DNA from: Octopus bimaculoides
Taxonomy: Eukaryota
DNA length: 64,000 nt
Reading direction: 5' to 3'
Assembly: GCF_001194135.2 (NCBI RefSeq)
Contig: NC_068989.1
Coordinates: forward strand, 29,035,499 to 29,099,498
The notes under the pieces: generated by a model
What the model was told of the DNA's origin: nothing
Databases searched by the model: none
The model's input: only the letters and a program-made list of their open reading frames with translations
Part shown: positions 11,413 through 24,795 of the stretch, in pieces
How positions within the stretch are numbered: position 1 is the first letter of the stretch
Layout: each line of letters opens with the position of its first letter
Translations under genes and position numbers: made by a program

Positions 11413-14400
11413 TGTAAAGGAGCCTCAACTCTGATGTAATGACAGTAGAAAGGAAAAGATGACATAGAAGTTTGGAGACAAATAAGTGAAAAGAATAGGA
11501 AAAAGAAATTGGAAAGGAATTGAATAGAAGAAAATGGAAGATAAAAGAAGTTTAGATAAAAGGGAAATCCCTGCAGAGTAGAGTGAAAGATTCTATGAGT
11601 AAAGAAACTCTTCATTGAGTGAATAGAGGATGTTAACATTGTATGGCAGTGTAATAGACTATTCCAGTATAGTGAGGTGGTGATTTTGTAGTCTGAAAGC
11701 CATGGAATATTGAATAAATTCTTGCAAACTGTTGATTTTGTGTTCTTAAAAAATTGCCATTGGATTTTTAGCAACAGAAATAGTTTCTATTTGTTCTAAA
11801 CTGAAGGAAAGACCATTAAAAGTTCTTACTGGATATTTGAGAAAGAGGAAACTTGTGTAATAGCCTGCTCCATATCACTCATTTTATTTATCTGTCTTAC
11901 ATTCTCTAAGTTAGTGAATAGATTGACAAAAGAGTTTTAATATAAATATTAATGACCATCTCTTTTTATAAAATTTCTGTACAATTTGAGACATTCAAAT
12001 TTACAATGAAGAAATGGACTACTTTTTAACATATTAAAAACATTTCTGAAATATACTGTAGAAATTTTTTACACCTTAATTGATTATTAACACTAAATTA
12101 AATCTATTTATGTAAATAATATTATATATATATATATTATACAGATTAAAAAAAAATCAGTCAGCCATGCTATAAAATCAAGGAAGCAGACAAAACATTG
12201 ATTTCACAATATATTAGTGTTTATCTTTTGTATATTAGTATGTTTGTCAAAATTTGTTAGTAAGGCATGCATTATTTTGAAGCAATCCAGTTTACAGCTA
12301 TCTGAAACTTGCTCAATCTGTTTTCAATGAAGCCATAGTCAGACTGTCAAAGGTATGTTGCAATAGTATTGTCACCTTGTTTACAGTAGTAGGTAGGAAT
12401 CCTTCAATTTTATGCTTCAATTCCAGAACAGAAACAAAACATATCAGTGTTCCATTATTACATTGTTCTTACTTGGTTCATAACTACTCTGCTTGTTGAT
12501 AAAGACATCCATTATTTTGCGAGTGCTAAAGAGAGGATATAAATCTGTGACTATAGACAAAAGCCCAAAATTTATCCATTTAGTTAATTGACTGTTAACA
12601 GCAACAGATATACACCACTTTTAAATTGTTACTCTTACAAAATTTTCTTTAGACAATATTAATATAATAATGAGGCATTCGAAGAAAAATTATAACTAAT
12701 ATGTAATGATTTATTTTTTAAGAATATCTTTGTTCTAAACTTCATTAGCTGTCTTGCTCAAAATATAATTTAAAATATATCAGACCACCTGAATATTTTA
12801 GATCTTGTAAGCAGATATAATTAATTAAATTGTAATTTTTTAATGATTGTTTTTAACTAGTTGTTAGCATAATTAATTAGTCTGTGGCAAATATTTTATG
12901 CCTAGTAATTGATGGACAGAAGGGAAATGACAAAGATTTCAAGTTGGCAGAAAACTTGGACAGGAGAATATTAGGGTGAAGAGAACCATTAGATTTTGTA
13001 CTAGTGTCTGCATTTCTGATGAGGAAGAAGTCCCGAGCTAAGAACACATGATTCTATTATGCATTTTAAGAGTTAAAGAGACCACATAATGTAGCCTGGT
13101 TAACAAGATATGTGTTTAGAACAATAGTTTAAACCATTTAGGACGGTGATAGAAATAAGGTCAGATTGACTGAATCCATTGAGTATTTTCATTTACACCA
13201 AGTAGGTGTCTTGTCAAGGCCTATTTACTTTCAGACCACTTCACTTTCTCATGGCCATTGAGCTTAGATCAAAATCAAGATGTCTAGTATGATGATGAGC
13301 TGCTTTTCTGCCAACCCATGCTAAGTGATATATTAAAATAAAATGATCAGATATTAAAAGCTGAAGTGCAGTAGAATAAGCTACACATTATACAATTATC
13401 TACTTATCTCATTACAGGAGTGCCACTTCGTTTCAGAAGCTCATAATTTTCCAATAATTTTCCAATAATGAGCAGTTTTGTTTTTCTTATTTAGATGGAT
13501 AGTTTATTAACACTAAGTATATTAAATACTTTAAGCTGATGTATTGAAAATGATAAATATAGACACAAAGAATCAAAGAGGCTACAAGGATTGTAAAAAT
13601 TAAATGTTAATGTTTTACACTAGGATAACACTAGACATTTGTAGTAGAGGGTGTATAGTCAACATATGTATATTACTGATACTTTGTTTATCAACCTCTG
13701 AAGAATGAGAAGTAAAGTTAACACTGACCAGTACAAAATGACAACTCAATATTTGACTGGTATTTATATTACTGATGAGAAAAGAATGTTTGGACCAAGA
13801 AATGTAAAGAAACATAAAGACTTCAAGGCACAGTTTGGCAGGATGAATTTTTGCACCTTTACCATTCTTATTTATTAAATGGTAAATTCAAGAAGTGAAG
13901 AACAACTACATACCAATTAAAGATGGTGTAGATCATGTTAAAGATTCATCTTTTAAGGCAACACAAGACAGTGACTTACTATTCAAACTTTAGAACTTAT
14001 GAGAAATATTTGACTCCGTATCTCAGCTTGCTGTGTGTGTGTGTTAGAGAGAGAGAGAGAGAGAGAGAGAAAGAGCAATAACTATATTGCACTAATGATT
14101 AAATAATAATACTAAAAATTAATAGTGAAAGGTTAGGTAAAATGCTATCAAAATGCTTATTTTTAAACATTTTAGGAGTAATTCTTTTTGTAAGCTGGTT
14201 TGTATCAAATATTTCAATAAATTTAGATAGTCTCCTGAATTTTTTTGACCAGTTGTTCTTTCCATTAGTACTGTGTGCCTCATTTTAAGTAGCAAACTCC
14301 CTTGGTAGGCACTCTAAAGTAATGAGATGGAAGGCTCTCGAAGTTATTTACTTACTAAGAAAATGAAAAAGAAAAAGCAAACAAGCAAAAAAAAAAAAAT

Positions 14401-14599
14401 TGTAAAGATTAATAGTGAGAAAGATTGAAAACTGGCTGACATATTACTTAATGTTAAGTTATTTATTCCATGGCAAGAGACATAACCTCACTATATGCTC
14501 TGGTGTACTAATTAGTAAATTTTGATATCTTAAAAAAATAATAAAAAGCAAGAGAAGGGGAAGGAGAGTGATAGAGCTATGTGTATTTTTAGAACTTAC

Positions 14600-14989
14600 C
14601 AACTGGTATAGGATTGTTGGAAGAAGAAATAATATCTGTATTAAGGGCAACAGTATTATTATTGTCTGTGGGGAATGAAGACAGACCAGTAATCACATCT
14701 TGAGTACCATTATTTGATGACTGAACACCATGGAAATTGTGCACAGCCACCGTTGATACAGCAGCCATGCTCTCAGTGGTTTGGGAATACGAAGAAAAAG
14801 AAATGGTAGGCAAAGGTAAAGTCTGCACCACCTGGGGGCTTATAGCTAGGTCTGAAGAGGAATGGCTATCTGTAGTGACAACGGTGTCCCCACATCTGCT
14901 GGTGGAGATACTGAGATTAGCCACTGCTAGCTCACAATCACCTGACGACGACGATGAAGCACCTACTTCTTCTGTCTCTGTCACTGAAT
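14600..14989 (-). CDS. Internal exon of an unidentified host gene (390 nt, phase 1 to 1), Ser/Thr-rich, likely disordered: DSVTETEEVGASSSSSGDCE...ISSSNNPIPV
   Basis: Acceptor attttgttttcag| at 14990, donor GTTG|gtaagt at 14599, exactly 130 open codons, GC-richer than the flanks. Confidence 0.85.
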
Positions 14990-15559
14990 CTGAAAACAAA
15001 ATGGTAATCTGAGTCTGGAGATATTTTAATGTTTTATTCATTTTGTAAAATTGGAGTATTTGGAACATTAGAGTAAAAAATGTTTTGTGAATTCAAATAA
15101 ACATGGATTAAATTCACACACACACATATAAAATAGATTAAACAATTTTCAAAAAATCAAATTATGGAGATAAATTCAAAATATAAACATAAAAATACAA
15201 ATATAAAAATATAACAGAAAATAAATATATAAAAAACCTTCAGAACATTACACTTATACACACACACATATATATAAGTGTGTGCATGTTTGTGTGTGTA
15301 AAAATTATCTACTGTCCACTTTTCCATGCTTGTTAGAGACTTTCTACAACTGGATGTATTTCTCCATAACCAAACATGTTTTCAAGGAATCATGGAAGAC
15401 TAAAAATGGACAATCTCACTTGTATGGCAATGATGTTCATTTATAACCATCAAGCCACAAAGACACATGTATCTCTGTGTTATATCATTAGTTTGATACA
15501 ACTTGTCTAATCATTACTGAATTGCTTATTCTTTATTTTCATACATAATATATAAACAT

Positions 15560-16180
15560 TAATTGTTTATTCCTTATTTTACAGCTTTGATAATAAGTGG
15601 TGAAAAAATTGCAATTAGTGCCATTTTATGCTACCTGTGGAAAAAAGGACTGAGTACAAGGGCAGCAATAAAAGAAATTAATGAAGTGGAAAGTCCAGGA
15701 ACTGTTAATGAATGTGTGACAAAGATGCTTCGAGGAAGGTGGGAAGGTGACATCAGTTTTGAAAACAAACCAAGGTCAGGGAAACCTTCTGCTGTGAAAA
15801 AGGAGGTCTTGTTTGAAGTGGATGAACAACAGCCAAGCACAAGCACTCGTACATTGTCTGCAGAACTTGATCCTTCACAAAGTACCATCAACTGACACCT
15901 CCATAAGCTCAGTCTCACACCATCAGATTAACATATTTTTCAAGCCATGGTTCATTTCCTGCATGGATTGAGGTTCAACAATGTGGATGAGATTGAAAAC
16001 AGGTACAAGGAGCTTTTTGGTACAAGCATGGAATTGAGCTTCTGGCACAACGATGGCAACAGACAATAGAATATGACAGGATGTATTTTGATGAATAAAT
16101 GCTTTTCATAAGTAATTTGTTTGGACTATCAATTAAAGCTTGAAATATCAATTAAAGTTTTTGATTTAACCTGGTATATA
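15560..16180 (+). pseudogene. Internally deleted mariner transposase
   Basis: N-terminal HTH (ILCYLWKKGLSTRAAIKEINEV...DISFENKPRSGKPS...STRTLSAELD) joined directly to the C-terminal end (HIFQAMVHFLHGLRFNNVDEIEN...HGIELLAQRWQQTIEYDRMYFDE*); catalytic core missing; TIRs not confidently found. Confidence 0.85.
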
Positions 16181-18097
16181 TACAAAGTAAAAACAAAATA
16201 GATTTAGTAATTTTTTTTGTTTGAGTTTTGATGATGAGTATTCAATCAAAAGAACTTCTTACTCATAGACAGAGTATTCCACAGATGTTTGTACCTTGAA
16301 TGTAAGCCTTAAGAAAAGTTAACTTAATACTGTGAGACAATAGTAGCCCCTTTCAATTACATGTACAGTCCATCTGATGGGCTTCTAAAGAATTTCCACT
16401 AGTCTAGTTTCACCTGCAAGGCCAACGTCAACTCAAGGCTACAATCTGGCATCTCCTGACCTAGAAGCAAACTTCTTAAGCACTCTATCATGTCTGCCCA
16501 CATTCATACATGCACAATGATGTTAAGCTCCACATTCACTTAGTGTTAAGTAGAACACCTACTTATCATATAACCTTCCCAAATGATTTGGTACCTACTC
16601 TAAGGATTAGGTGAATTGTGACATTTAGAATACAGAATGTTCATAAGACACAACAAAACATCTAGAGTAGATAAGTACATGGTGAAGGAAATCATTAAGT
16701 ATTGTTCAACCAGCTAGAAAAAGCAGCCAGATCTCTCTACTGTTTCATAAAAAGAAAAGCATACAGGCCAGTGTAAGTCCTAGAAATACAAAATGTTTGG
16801 ATGATCATGAATGAAATACCTATGATAATTGGTCTGCTAACAGGGACTAAATAACAACATGAGTTTACATCCTATGACCTGACTGGTGCACCTTATCCAC
16901 TAGGATATTTTCCTTTCATACATCACATAGATTTCATAAAGATAAGTCTTAAGTGCTTTAATTAGTTTTGAACTTAATCAAACAGAATAAATTTTAAAAA
17001 TCCAGATTTTGATTTGGAGGTTTAAAAATATATTTAAATTATCAACCAAAAATCTTCAAATATAAAACTGATCATGACATCAAATTGGTGAGAAAAATCA
17101 CTTTAATTGTTCTTTAGAGGCTGTGCTTTTAGCCTTGCTTCGATGAACCCTAACACAGAGAGAGATCAGATCAGTGAGAAACCAGCCTTACTTTGGAGAG
17201 GATATATAATGGTTATAGGAAGTTTTCCAATGAAGGAAAACAAGGAGAACAGCTGTTCCTTATACTCTACATTAATTAGGTGCACTCAGATTAAAGTGCC
17301 TTGCTTAGCAGACACACCTAAATACTTGCAGTGAAAATTTATGAAACTATGAGCTGATGGTGGTTTTACTAACTTGTCTTCTTTTCTATTTTACCTCTTC
17401 CATGTAAACTAGTTTTGAAAGGCCCCACCTAATACACAGAGAAAACTCATTAACCAATAATTATTATATCAAGAAACATCTTCTGCAAGATATTTATAGC
17501 TGTAGTTTTTAAAAAATTTATTTATTAGTTTTCAGTTGTTTCTCTTTTATTTTGGTTATTACATTTTGGTGATTATTACAAATAAATTCCAAAAACAAAT
17601 CCTGGCTAGAATCCAAGACCAATTCCTAATTTGTTAGTCATCATTCTGCAGGAAGGAAATGAAGAGTGAATCTCAGAGCTATGTAAATGGAATGCATTTG
17701 GGCCTTATCGTCTATTTTTCAAGATGCATCACACAATAAGTCTTTGCACGATTTGTGACAGTAACAGGAACATTAGACTAGTTGGAACAATTTAATGGAT
17801 TTTGAAAATAAATTGTTTGAATAAATTTTGAACATTAAGCATCAATTAACAATGGTTAGCTAAACTATGTAAAATTGGTAAAATGTTGATTAAATATCTG
17901 AGATGAGTTTATAATTTTTCACATTATTAACCACTTTTAGAGATGAACCAATTTTTACAGTACATTGTCAGTGGCACAGCAAACTTACAACCATTAGTTT
18001 AGAAATACAAGTTCCTAGTTCAAATCCAATTTAGTCCTATAGACACTAATCACTGATGATTATTAGAGATAAAATAGTTGAAATGTAATGTAGATAG

Positions 18098-19636
18098 ATC
18101 ATCATCATCATCATCATTATCATCATCACCAGTATTTATCATCTGTTTTCTATGCTGGCATAGGTGGTTTTACCAGAGCATGGAAGCTGGAAAGCTGCAC
18201 CAGGTTCCAGTCTGATTTAGCTTGGTTTCTATGGCTGGATGCCCTTCCTAATGCCAATCACTTTACAGTGTACTGGATGCTTTTTATGTGGACTGGCATG
18301 CAAGCCTTTTATATGGGCCAGCAAAGGTGCTTTCTATGTGGAACAGTACAGGTGCTTTTTATGTGGAACAGTACAGGTGGACTGGCATGCGGGCACTTAA
18401 AAAGCAAAAACCCCTTCAGCTGAGTGTGTGTGTGTGTTTGTGAGGGGGGGAACATTAACAATTTTACTGTGGTGGATGGATCTTCCTGAGTACAGCAATG
18501 CACCAGATATTTCAGTTCTTTGTCATCTCTTTTATATGGCTCAGCATTTTAAGATCGGTCTTCAATACTTCATCCCATGTCTTTTTGGGTCTCCCTTTTC
18601 CACTAGTTCCATCTAGAACTTCTATATGCAGCTGTATACATCCATATGCTTCACAAGACCAAACCAATGTAGTCTTCTCTCTTGAATACTACATCTAATT
18701 CCTCTTATGCCAAACTTTTCCTTCAATAGACTAGCACTCTGTTGCACTTGTACACATACATTACACATCCAGCAGAGCAAACTAGCTTCATTCCACTCTA
18801 ACATTTGCATGTCCTCTGCATTCAGGGTCCATATCTCACTATTAAGTAGTGTTGTTGTTCGTATACATGCATCATACAATCTTCCTTTCACTTGCAGAGA
18901 GACACCTTTGGTTACGAAGGGAGGTAAAAGCTCTCTGAATTTTCTTCATCCTATTCTTATTGTAGCGATTACACTTACTGTAAATCCTCCTCCACTACTA
19001 ATTAGGTTCCCTATGTAGCAGAAATCATCCACTACCTCTAAAGAGCCTCTGGGGCATTTGAAAGAATCAAGTTTCTGAGCATCTGTAGTTTTTTAAGGCT
19101 CCACATATGAAAACTACTTTCTCTGATAACCTTCCTATTATTTCAATGCACTTTTTAAGTGTCCATAGTTTGCATTGGGTACATCTCATGAAATTCCTGC
19201 CTGCACCTTTCCTACATACTGAGCAGGGCCATTTACCTGAAGGAAGTAGGGTCCTGTCTGTTTTCTTGCTTACTAAAAATTAACCTTAATATCCTTTGAT
19301 TCCAGGTTTTACTACTACACCTCAAATTTCTTTTCCAGTTCTGATACATAAACTGCATTGAGAACAAGGTCATCAATATATAGCAGTTCCCGAGGGCAGC
19401 CAGTTTGGAGTTCCTCAGTTATGGTCTCATAGACAATGAAGAAAAAGAGGGGACTAAGAACTGAGACCTGATGAATGCCTACCTGTACACCAGATTCATC
19501 ACTGTACGCATGGTTAACTCTTATTTTACTGAGAAGGCCTCTGTACATGGCCTGTACAGCTTTCACAAGCCACTTGTCTACCCCTAGCTTCCTCAGACCC
19601 TACCATATCACACATCAGGGTACTCTATCAAAAGCT
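18098..19636 (-). mobile_element. 5'-truncated RTE-clade LINE (RT C-terminal half, 3' UTR, (TGA)n tail)
   Basis: AFDRVP, VGIHQVSVLSPLFF, ELLYIDDLVL, KGRLYDACIRTTTL, IQERRLHWFG motifs; frameshifted. Confidence 0.95.
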
Positions 19637-20039
19637 TAGATATAAATATTTAAAAAAAGTTTCATCTTTAAAGATGAAATGAACAGAACAGAAAATTACA
19701 ATAGTATTAATTAAATGTTTTTATGCCGTTGATGCACGACTAAGAGAGAAGTGAATAAACTAAGAAGAGTAAAGTAATTATAGTTGGATAACAAGGCTGT
19801 GCTAGTACATAGTATTGTTAGGACAACAGTATGTACCATGAGAGAAAGTGTTCAGTGTTCAGAATAACAAGGACTCTGTGAAAAATTAAAATCTGTTCAT
19901 ATCCATTTTTTTTCCCAGGCTAGCTTGGATTGAAATTGATTTTGAAACAGGCTTTTCCACCTGGATGCTCTTCTGGGTACCAATCCTTACTGGTTTCTCA
20001 AGTAAAGAATTATTGTATTTTTTTTTATATTTCACATGC

Positions 20040-20263
20040 ATGCATGTATGTATGTATGTAAGTAAGCATGCAGACATATTCATGACAAGCATAAAACAGT
20101 TTCTGTCTACCAGATTTACAACAGATTGATCAGCCCAGAGTGATAGTAGACGGCACTTGCCCAAGGTACAGCACAGTGGGAATGAACCTGAAACCATGTA
20201 GCTGTGAACTGGACTTCTTAACCACACAACCATACCTGCACCTTATACAAATACATTCTTTTA
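20040..20263 (-). mobile_element. tRNA-derived SINE (family C)
   Basis: Reverse complement begins ggtatggttgtgtggttaag (A box) ... caggttcattccc (B box); relatives at 23410-23615(-), 37575-37935(+), 45825-46190(+), 46575-46760(+), 52755-53050(+), 54840-54960(+). Confidence 0.85.
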
Positions 20264-21092
20264 TTCTTTTACTGATTTCAGATATTGGACTAGAGCTGTA
20301 ATGGAACATCATGTTCAAGGGCTTTAGTCAATTACATCAGTTAACTTTGAAGGTATACTAGAAATAAAACAATTCTATCAGATAAATTTTCCTAACATGA
20401 CTGTCACCTCCAGGGCATGGACAATGCTATTTTTAATGATGAATTTTGTGCCACTGCAAATTTGGAGAATTTAGAGAGTGGTTTGAAGGTGATTTGGCCA
20501 TTATTTCTATTATATAGAATTGATCTCACTGACTCATTCATACATAAGACAGTAGTGCATGGTTTCAGGGAAATTTGGCTATTAACTGGTCGAACTGCAA
20601 TATAGAGGTCTGTTACATTAGTCCATATATATGTAAGACAATTTGATGTGATTTGAGGGAGATTTGGTTGTTATTTTAATCAGGTTGACATATGATGTAA
20701 AGGTTCTCTCAAAGTAATGAATGGAAGTGGGGACAAGAAAAAAACTTGGAATCTTTCTACCCCAACTCCCACCAGAATCTCTGATGTTCAAAACACTGAA
20801 GTCAAAAGAATTTTCTAAAAAAAATAATCATATAAAAAAAATATTAGAGAGGAAGTTGGATGACTTATTTACTTCAAAATATTTACTTGTTTATCTCAGT
20901 AATTTAGGAAATTTAAGTTATCTTTTTAACTATACCTCATTTAAATCATATGGTTTTATTCATTTTTACACTTAAGACAGCAAGAATAGGTTTCTGATTT
21001 GGCTACTATTTTTAACAGCTCTAGCAACCGCATAGTGACTCATACACAAACACATGTTTATATATGTATATGTATATATACATATATGTATG

Positions 21093-21138
<46 letters not shown>

Positions 21139-21172
21139 CATATATATATATATTTACATTCATATATATATA

Positions 21173-21257
21173 CAGGGGTTGGACAAAATAATGGAAACAC
21201 CTAGCATCATAATTTTGAAATATTTATAAAACCGTCAAAAGCTTGTTTATTTTTATG
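21173..21257 (+). mobile_element. Isolated 85-bp end of the same Tc1 family as 426-1657
   Basis: ta|caggggttggacaaaataatggaaacacctagcatcataattttgaaata... matches the reverse complement of ~1573-1657; begins at a TA in a (TA)n tract. Confidence 0.92.
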
Positions 21258-21299
21258 AACTCTGTGAATGTTTACATATACAAGTAAAGTAAAAATAAA

Positions 21300-21841
21300 C
21301 CGAAAAATAATCCAGAATCCTTGTCCGGTACTGGATTGGTCCCAAAATCTAATGAGATTGTGCCAGTCACGAGGCCAAACATCTCTGAAAGTTTCATCTC
21401 AATCCATCCAGTGTTTCTTGAGATATCTTGTCCATGGACAAACAAACAAACACAACTGAAAACAATACTTCTGCCTTTGCTAAGTCGGAGGTAATAATAA
21501 CAAGAGCACTCAGAGAGCACAGACCTCCACTAACCCAACACCAATGTCCTCTCAACGATTAGCCAGAGATAATTTTTAAAATGAGAATATCTGAAATAAA
21601 CTTGACTGCTCTCACAAACGAGAATACTAAAAGTGAACCTGACCGCTCTTAAAAATTAAGTAAAGAAAATGGAAATATAATCCAGAATCCTTGTCCGGTA
21701 CTGGATCGATCCCAAAATTTAATCAGTTTGTGCCAGTCAAGAGGCCAAACATCCCTGAAAGTTTTATATCTTGTCCATGGACAAACAAGCGATCAAACAT
21801 GACCAAAAACAATACCTCTGCCTTAGCAAAGGCAGAGGTAA
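21300..21841 (-). mobile_element. Two tandem Helentron-type non-autonomous elements (HINE/DINE-like)
   Basis: Duplicated ~190-bp core (atccagaatccttgtccggtactggat...atcttgtccatggacaaacaa) at ~21310-21495 and ~21680-21841; terminal hairpin acctctgcct-tagca-a-aggcagaggt; short (CAAA)n tract; opposite end aagagcactcagagagcacagacctcc at ~21501. Confidence 0.6.
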
Positions 21842-21854
21842 TAATAATAATAAT

Positions 21855-23080
21855 ACAGAGTATCTCAACAGGCATGATAGAGCTGCACAATATATTCACT
21901 GGGTAATATGCAAGAACCTGGACTTGCCCCATGATAAAAACTGGTGGGAACACAAACCACCCCCAGTACTTGAAAATGATCACATCGCACTCCTCTGGAA
22001 CTTCACCATTCAAACTGACAGAAAGATAGATGCAAATAGGCCAGACATCATACTGAAAGACTTCAGACAAAAATCATGCCTCCTCATTGATATGACTGTC
22101 CCAATCGATATAAACGTATCTGTCAAGACCTGCCAAAAACTGAGCAAATATAAAGATCTTGAAATAGAAATTAGCAAAATGTGGAATCTGAAGACTAAAA
22201 NNNNNNNNNNNNNNNNNNNNNNNNNNNNNNNNNNNNNNNNNNNNNNNNNNNNNNNNNNNNNNNNNNNNNNNNNNNNNNNNNNNNNNNNNNNNNNNNNNNN
22301 NNNNNNNNNNNNNNNNNNNNNNNNNNNNNNNNNNNNNNNNNNNNNNNNNNNNNNNNNNNNNNNNNNNNNNNNNNNNNNNNNNNNNNNNNNNNNNNNNNNN
22401 NNNNNNNNNNNNNNNNNNNNNNNNNNNNNNNNNNNNNNNNNNNNNNNNNNNNNNNNNNNNNNNNNNNNNNNNNNNNNNNNNNNNNNNNNNNNNNNNNNNN
22501 NNNNNNNNNNNNNNNNNNNNNNNNNNNNNNNNNNNNNNNNNNNNNNNNNNNNNNNNNNNNNNNNNNNNNNNNNNNNNNNNNNNNNNNNNNNNNNNNNNNN
22601 NNNNNNNNNNNNNNNNNNNNNNNNNNNNNNNNNNNNNNNNNNNNNNNNNNNNNNNNNNNNNNNNNNNNNNNNNNNNNNNNNNNNNNNNNNNNNNNNNNNN
22701 NNNNNNNNNNNNNNNNNNNNNNNNNNNNNNNNNNNNNNNNNNNNNNNNNNNNNNNNNNNNNNNNNNNNNNNNNNNNNNNNNNNNNNNNNNNNNNNNNNNN
22801 NNNNNNNNNNNNNNNNNNNNNNNNNNNNNNNNNAAAGATAGTGCTCATGGGAACTGCCCATATCCTATGTAAAATACTGTCTATGTGATCTCAAATTTTA
22901 AAGCAAACACATAATTTTCTTATGGTTTCTTAAACATTCACTTGAACAAAACTGTACAAATCCAAATATATGGTACCCTAGGTATAACACCTACATGAAC
23001 TTCTAACTTGTTGTCTCTTGAGGTCTCTGGGTGAGACTTGGAACCAACTTGTACAAATGCAAAACAAAAGTCAAACATTA
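21855..23080 (+). mobile_element. 5'-truncated R4/Dong-like non-LTR retrotransposon (restriction-like endonuclease and 3' UTR), spans a gap
   Basis: YLNRHDRAAQYIHW...LWNFTIQTDRKIDANRPDIILKD...CLLIDMTVP...KLSKYKDL...KIVLMGTAHILCKILSM*, the RHD and PD-(D/E)xK RLE signature; (AAT)n on both sides. Confidence 0.9.
22201..22833. other. Assembly gap (N run)
   Basis: Run of N. Confidence 1.
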
Positions 23081-23129
<49 letters not shown>

Positions 23130-23159
23130 TGGCATGCACTGCTCTCTCACTCAATAACA

Positions 23160-23380
23160 ATAATAGAAACAACCCTTTCTAATTTTGACATAATTTTGAG
23201 GGAAAAGGGAAAACCAATTCTACTGACCCCAGTGCTTAAATAGTACATATTTTATCAAACCCTAAAAGATGAAAGGCAAAGCTGACCTAAGTGGAATTTG
23301 AACTTAGAATATAAAGAATTGGAAGAAATACTGCTTAGTATTTTGCTCAATGTGCTAACGATTTTGCCAGTTCACCACCT
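23160..23380 (-). mobile_element. tRNA-derived SINE (family B), near full length
   Basis: Reverse complement: ggtggtgaactggcaaaatcgttagc...ctaagttcaaattcc (B box)...gctttgcctttcatc...gataaaat. Confidence 0.85.
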
Positions 23381-24233
23381 TAATAATAACAAAAACTACA
23401 ACAATATATACATTTTTGTGGGCTTTTGTTTCTTGATAAATTGTGCACACAGATTTCCATACAGAATTTGTCTATCAAATTCCTTTACAAGGCACTTGTC
23501 AAACTGAGGGTATAGGGGGAAGACAATTGCCAAAGGATCTGTGCTGTGAGACCAAACCTGGAACTGCACTGTTACAAAACAGACTTCCTAATCACCTAGC
23601 CATAACTACACTTATATCTTTTACTGAATACGCAAACACTTTGACCCACCCCCATCCCCCGGTACATTCCACCACCCCACAAAAACATATTCTAAATAAT
23701 ACACTCACCTAAAATTTGCTCAAAGCACATTAATTTACATGAATGTTGTTTTTTTTATATATATTGAAAAATCATCACATAATTTATCATATCTATCAAT
23801 TAATATTACCAAGATAACATACACTGTGAATACACTGCACCTAAATGTCAATTAAAGCCCTCCATGGAATGTGAAACCTCAATAACAATAATGATTTACG
23901 GTATAATAAAGAAGTTTAGTGTTTCATTTGTCTCAACTCACAGCAATAATATTTTAATCAATATAAATCTGTAATTGCTCGACCAGTGGGGGGCACCTCT
24001 ATGAGGTCATTTAAAATAGCAGCCAAATCTCACACTATTTACACTCTACCATCTATAAAAGGGTGAACACACTAGATAAGGTAGTCCTATGATGGTCAGA
24101 GCTAGAATGTTGTTGATCGTAAATCCCTACTCTTTATGTTTAAATTCAAGCTGAAATACTAAACAAGTAAATTTGCAGTTTGAGATAGACACCAACAGAT
24201 TATTAGTAAATACCCAGTCCTTTCATGTCATAC

Positions 24234-24273
24234 CATCAAATAAAACAGCTGTACTTGAAGTAAAACCCTCAGA
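24234..24273 (-). CDS. Tentative 40-nt exon (SEGFTSSTAVLFD-G; phase 0 to 1)
   Basis: Acceptor ctcctcttattttctttaag|, donor GATG|gtatga; phase is compatible with the exon starting at 14989, but exons this short arise by chance. Confidence 0.3.
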
Positions 24274-24741
24274 CTTAAAGAAAATAAGAGGAGCTTTTTC
24301 TTTACATTTTTTTTTTTACTCAACATGAAATAACCTGAATTAAAGTTGGAAAGAAGCAAGTCAAGTGACGTAACTAATAGGGATGATTTAAAACCTGACC
24401 CTAACTTCCTTAAAGTCATGAAATATTCAAATAAGGATTTTAACCCAAAGCATGGATCTTTGCCATTGATAGCTTGTTAGTGTGTAGCTATATATATATT
24501 TTGGAAATAAAACATTGAAAGTATGACACATGAACTTTGTCAACCAAAGATGATGAAAATGGTATTAAATAAAGTGTGTGTGTGTGTGTGTGTGTGTGCG
24601 TGTGTGTGTGTGTGTGCGCACACAGCTAATATTGAACAGAGAGAATGAGAATTGTTGAGATTTCTCCCTACCATTATTGGTAGCCTTGTTAATCTATAAA
24701 AAAAAAACCCAACAGAACAACAAAAACAAAACAGTATATTT

Positions 24742-24795
<54 letters not shown>

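Noticed and set aside
12298-12352. Plus-strand micro-exon candidate (YLKLAQSVFNEAIVRLSK); similar ones near 50485 and 50800
   Set aside because: Short, no consistent plus-strand gene model, and it conflicts with the stronger minus-strand exons.
13289-13365. C/D snoRNA-like ATGATGA...CTGA
   Set aside because: No terminal stem and no recognisable rRNA guide.
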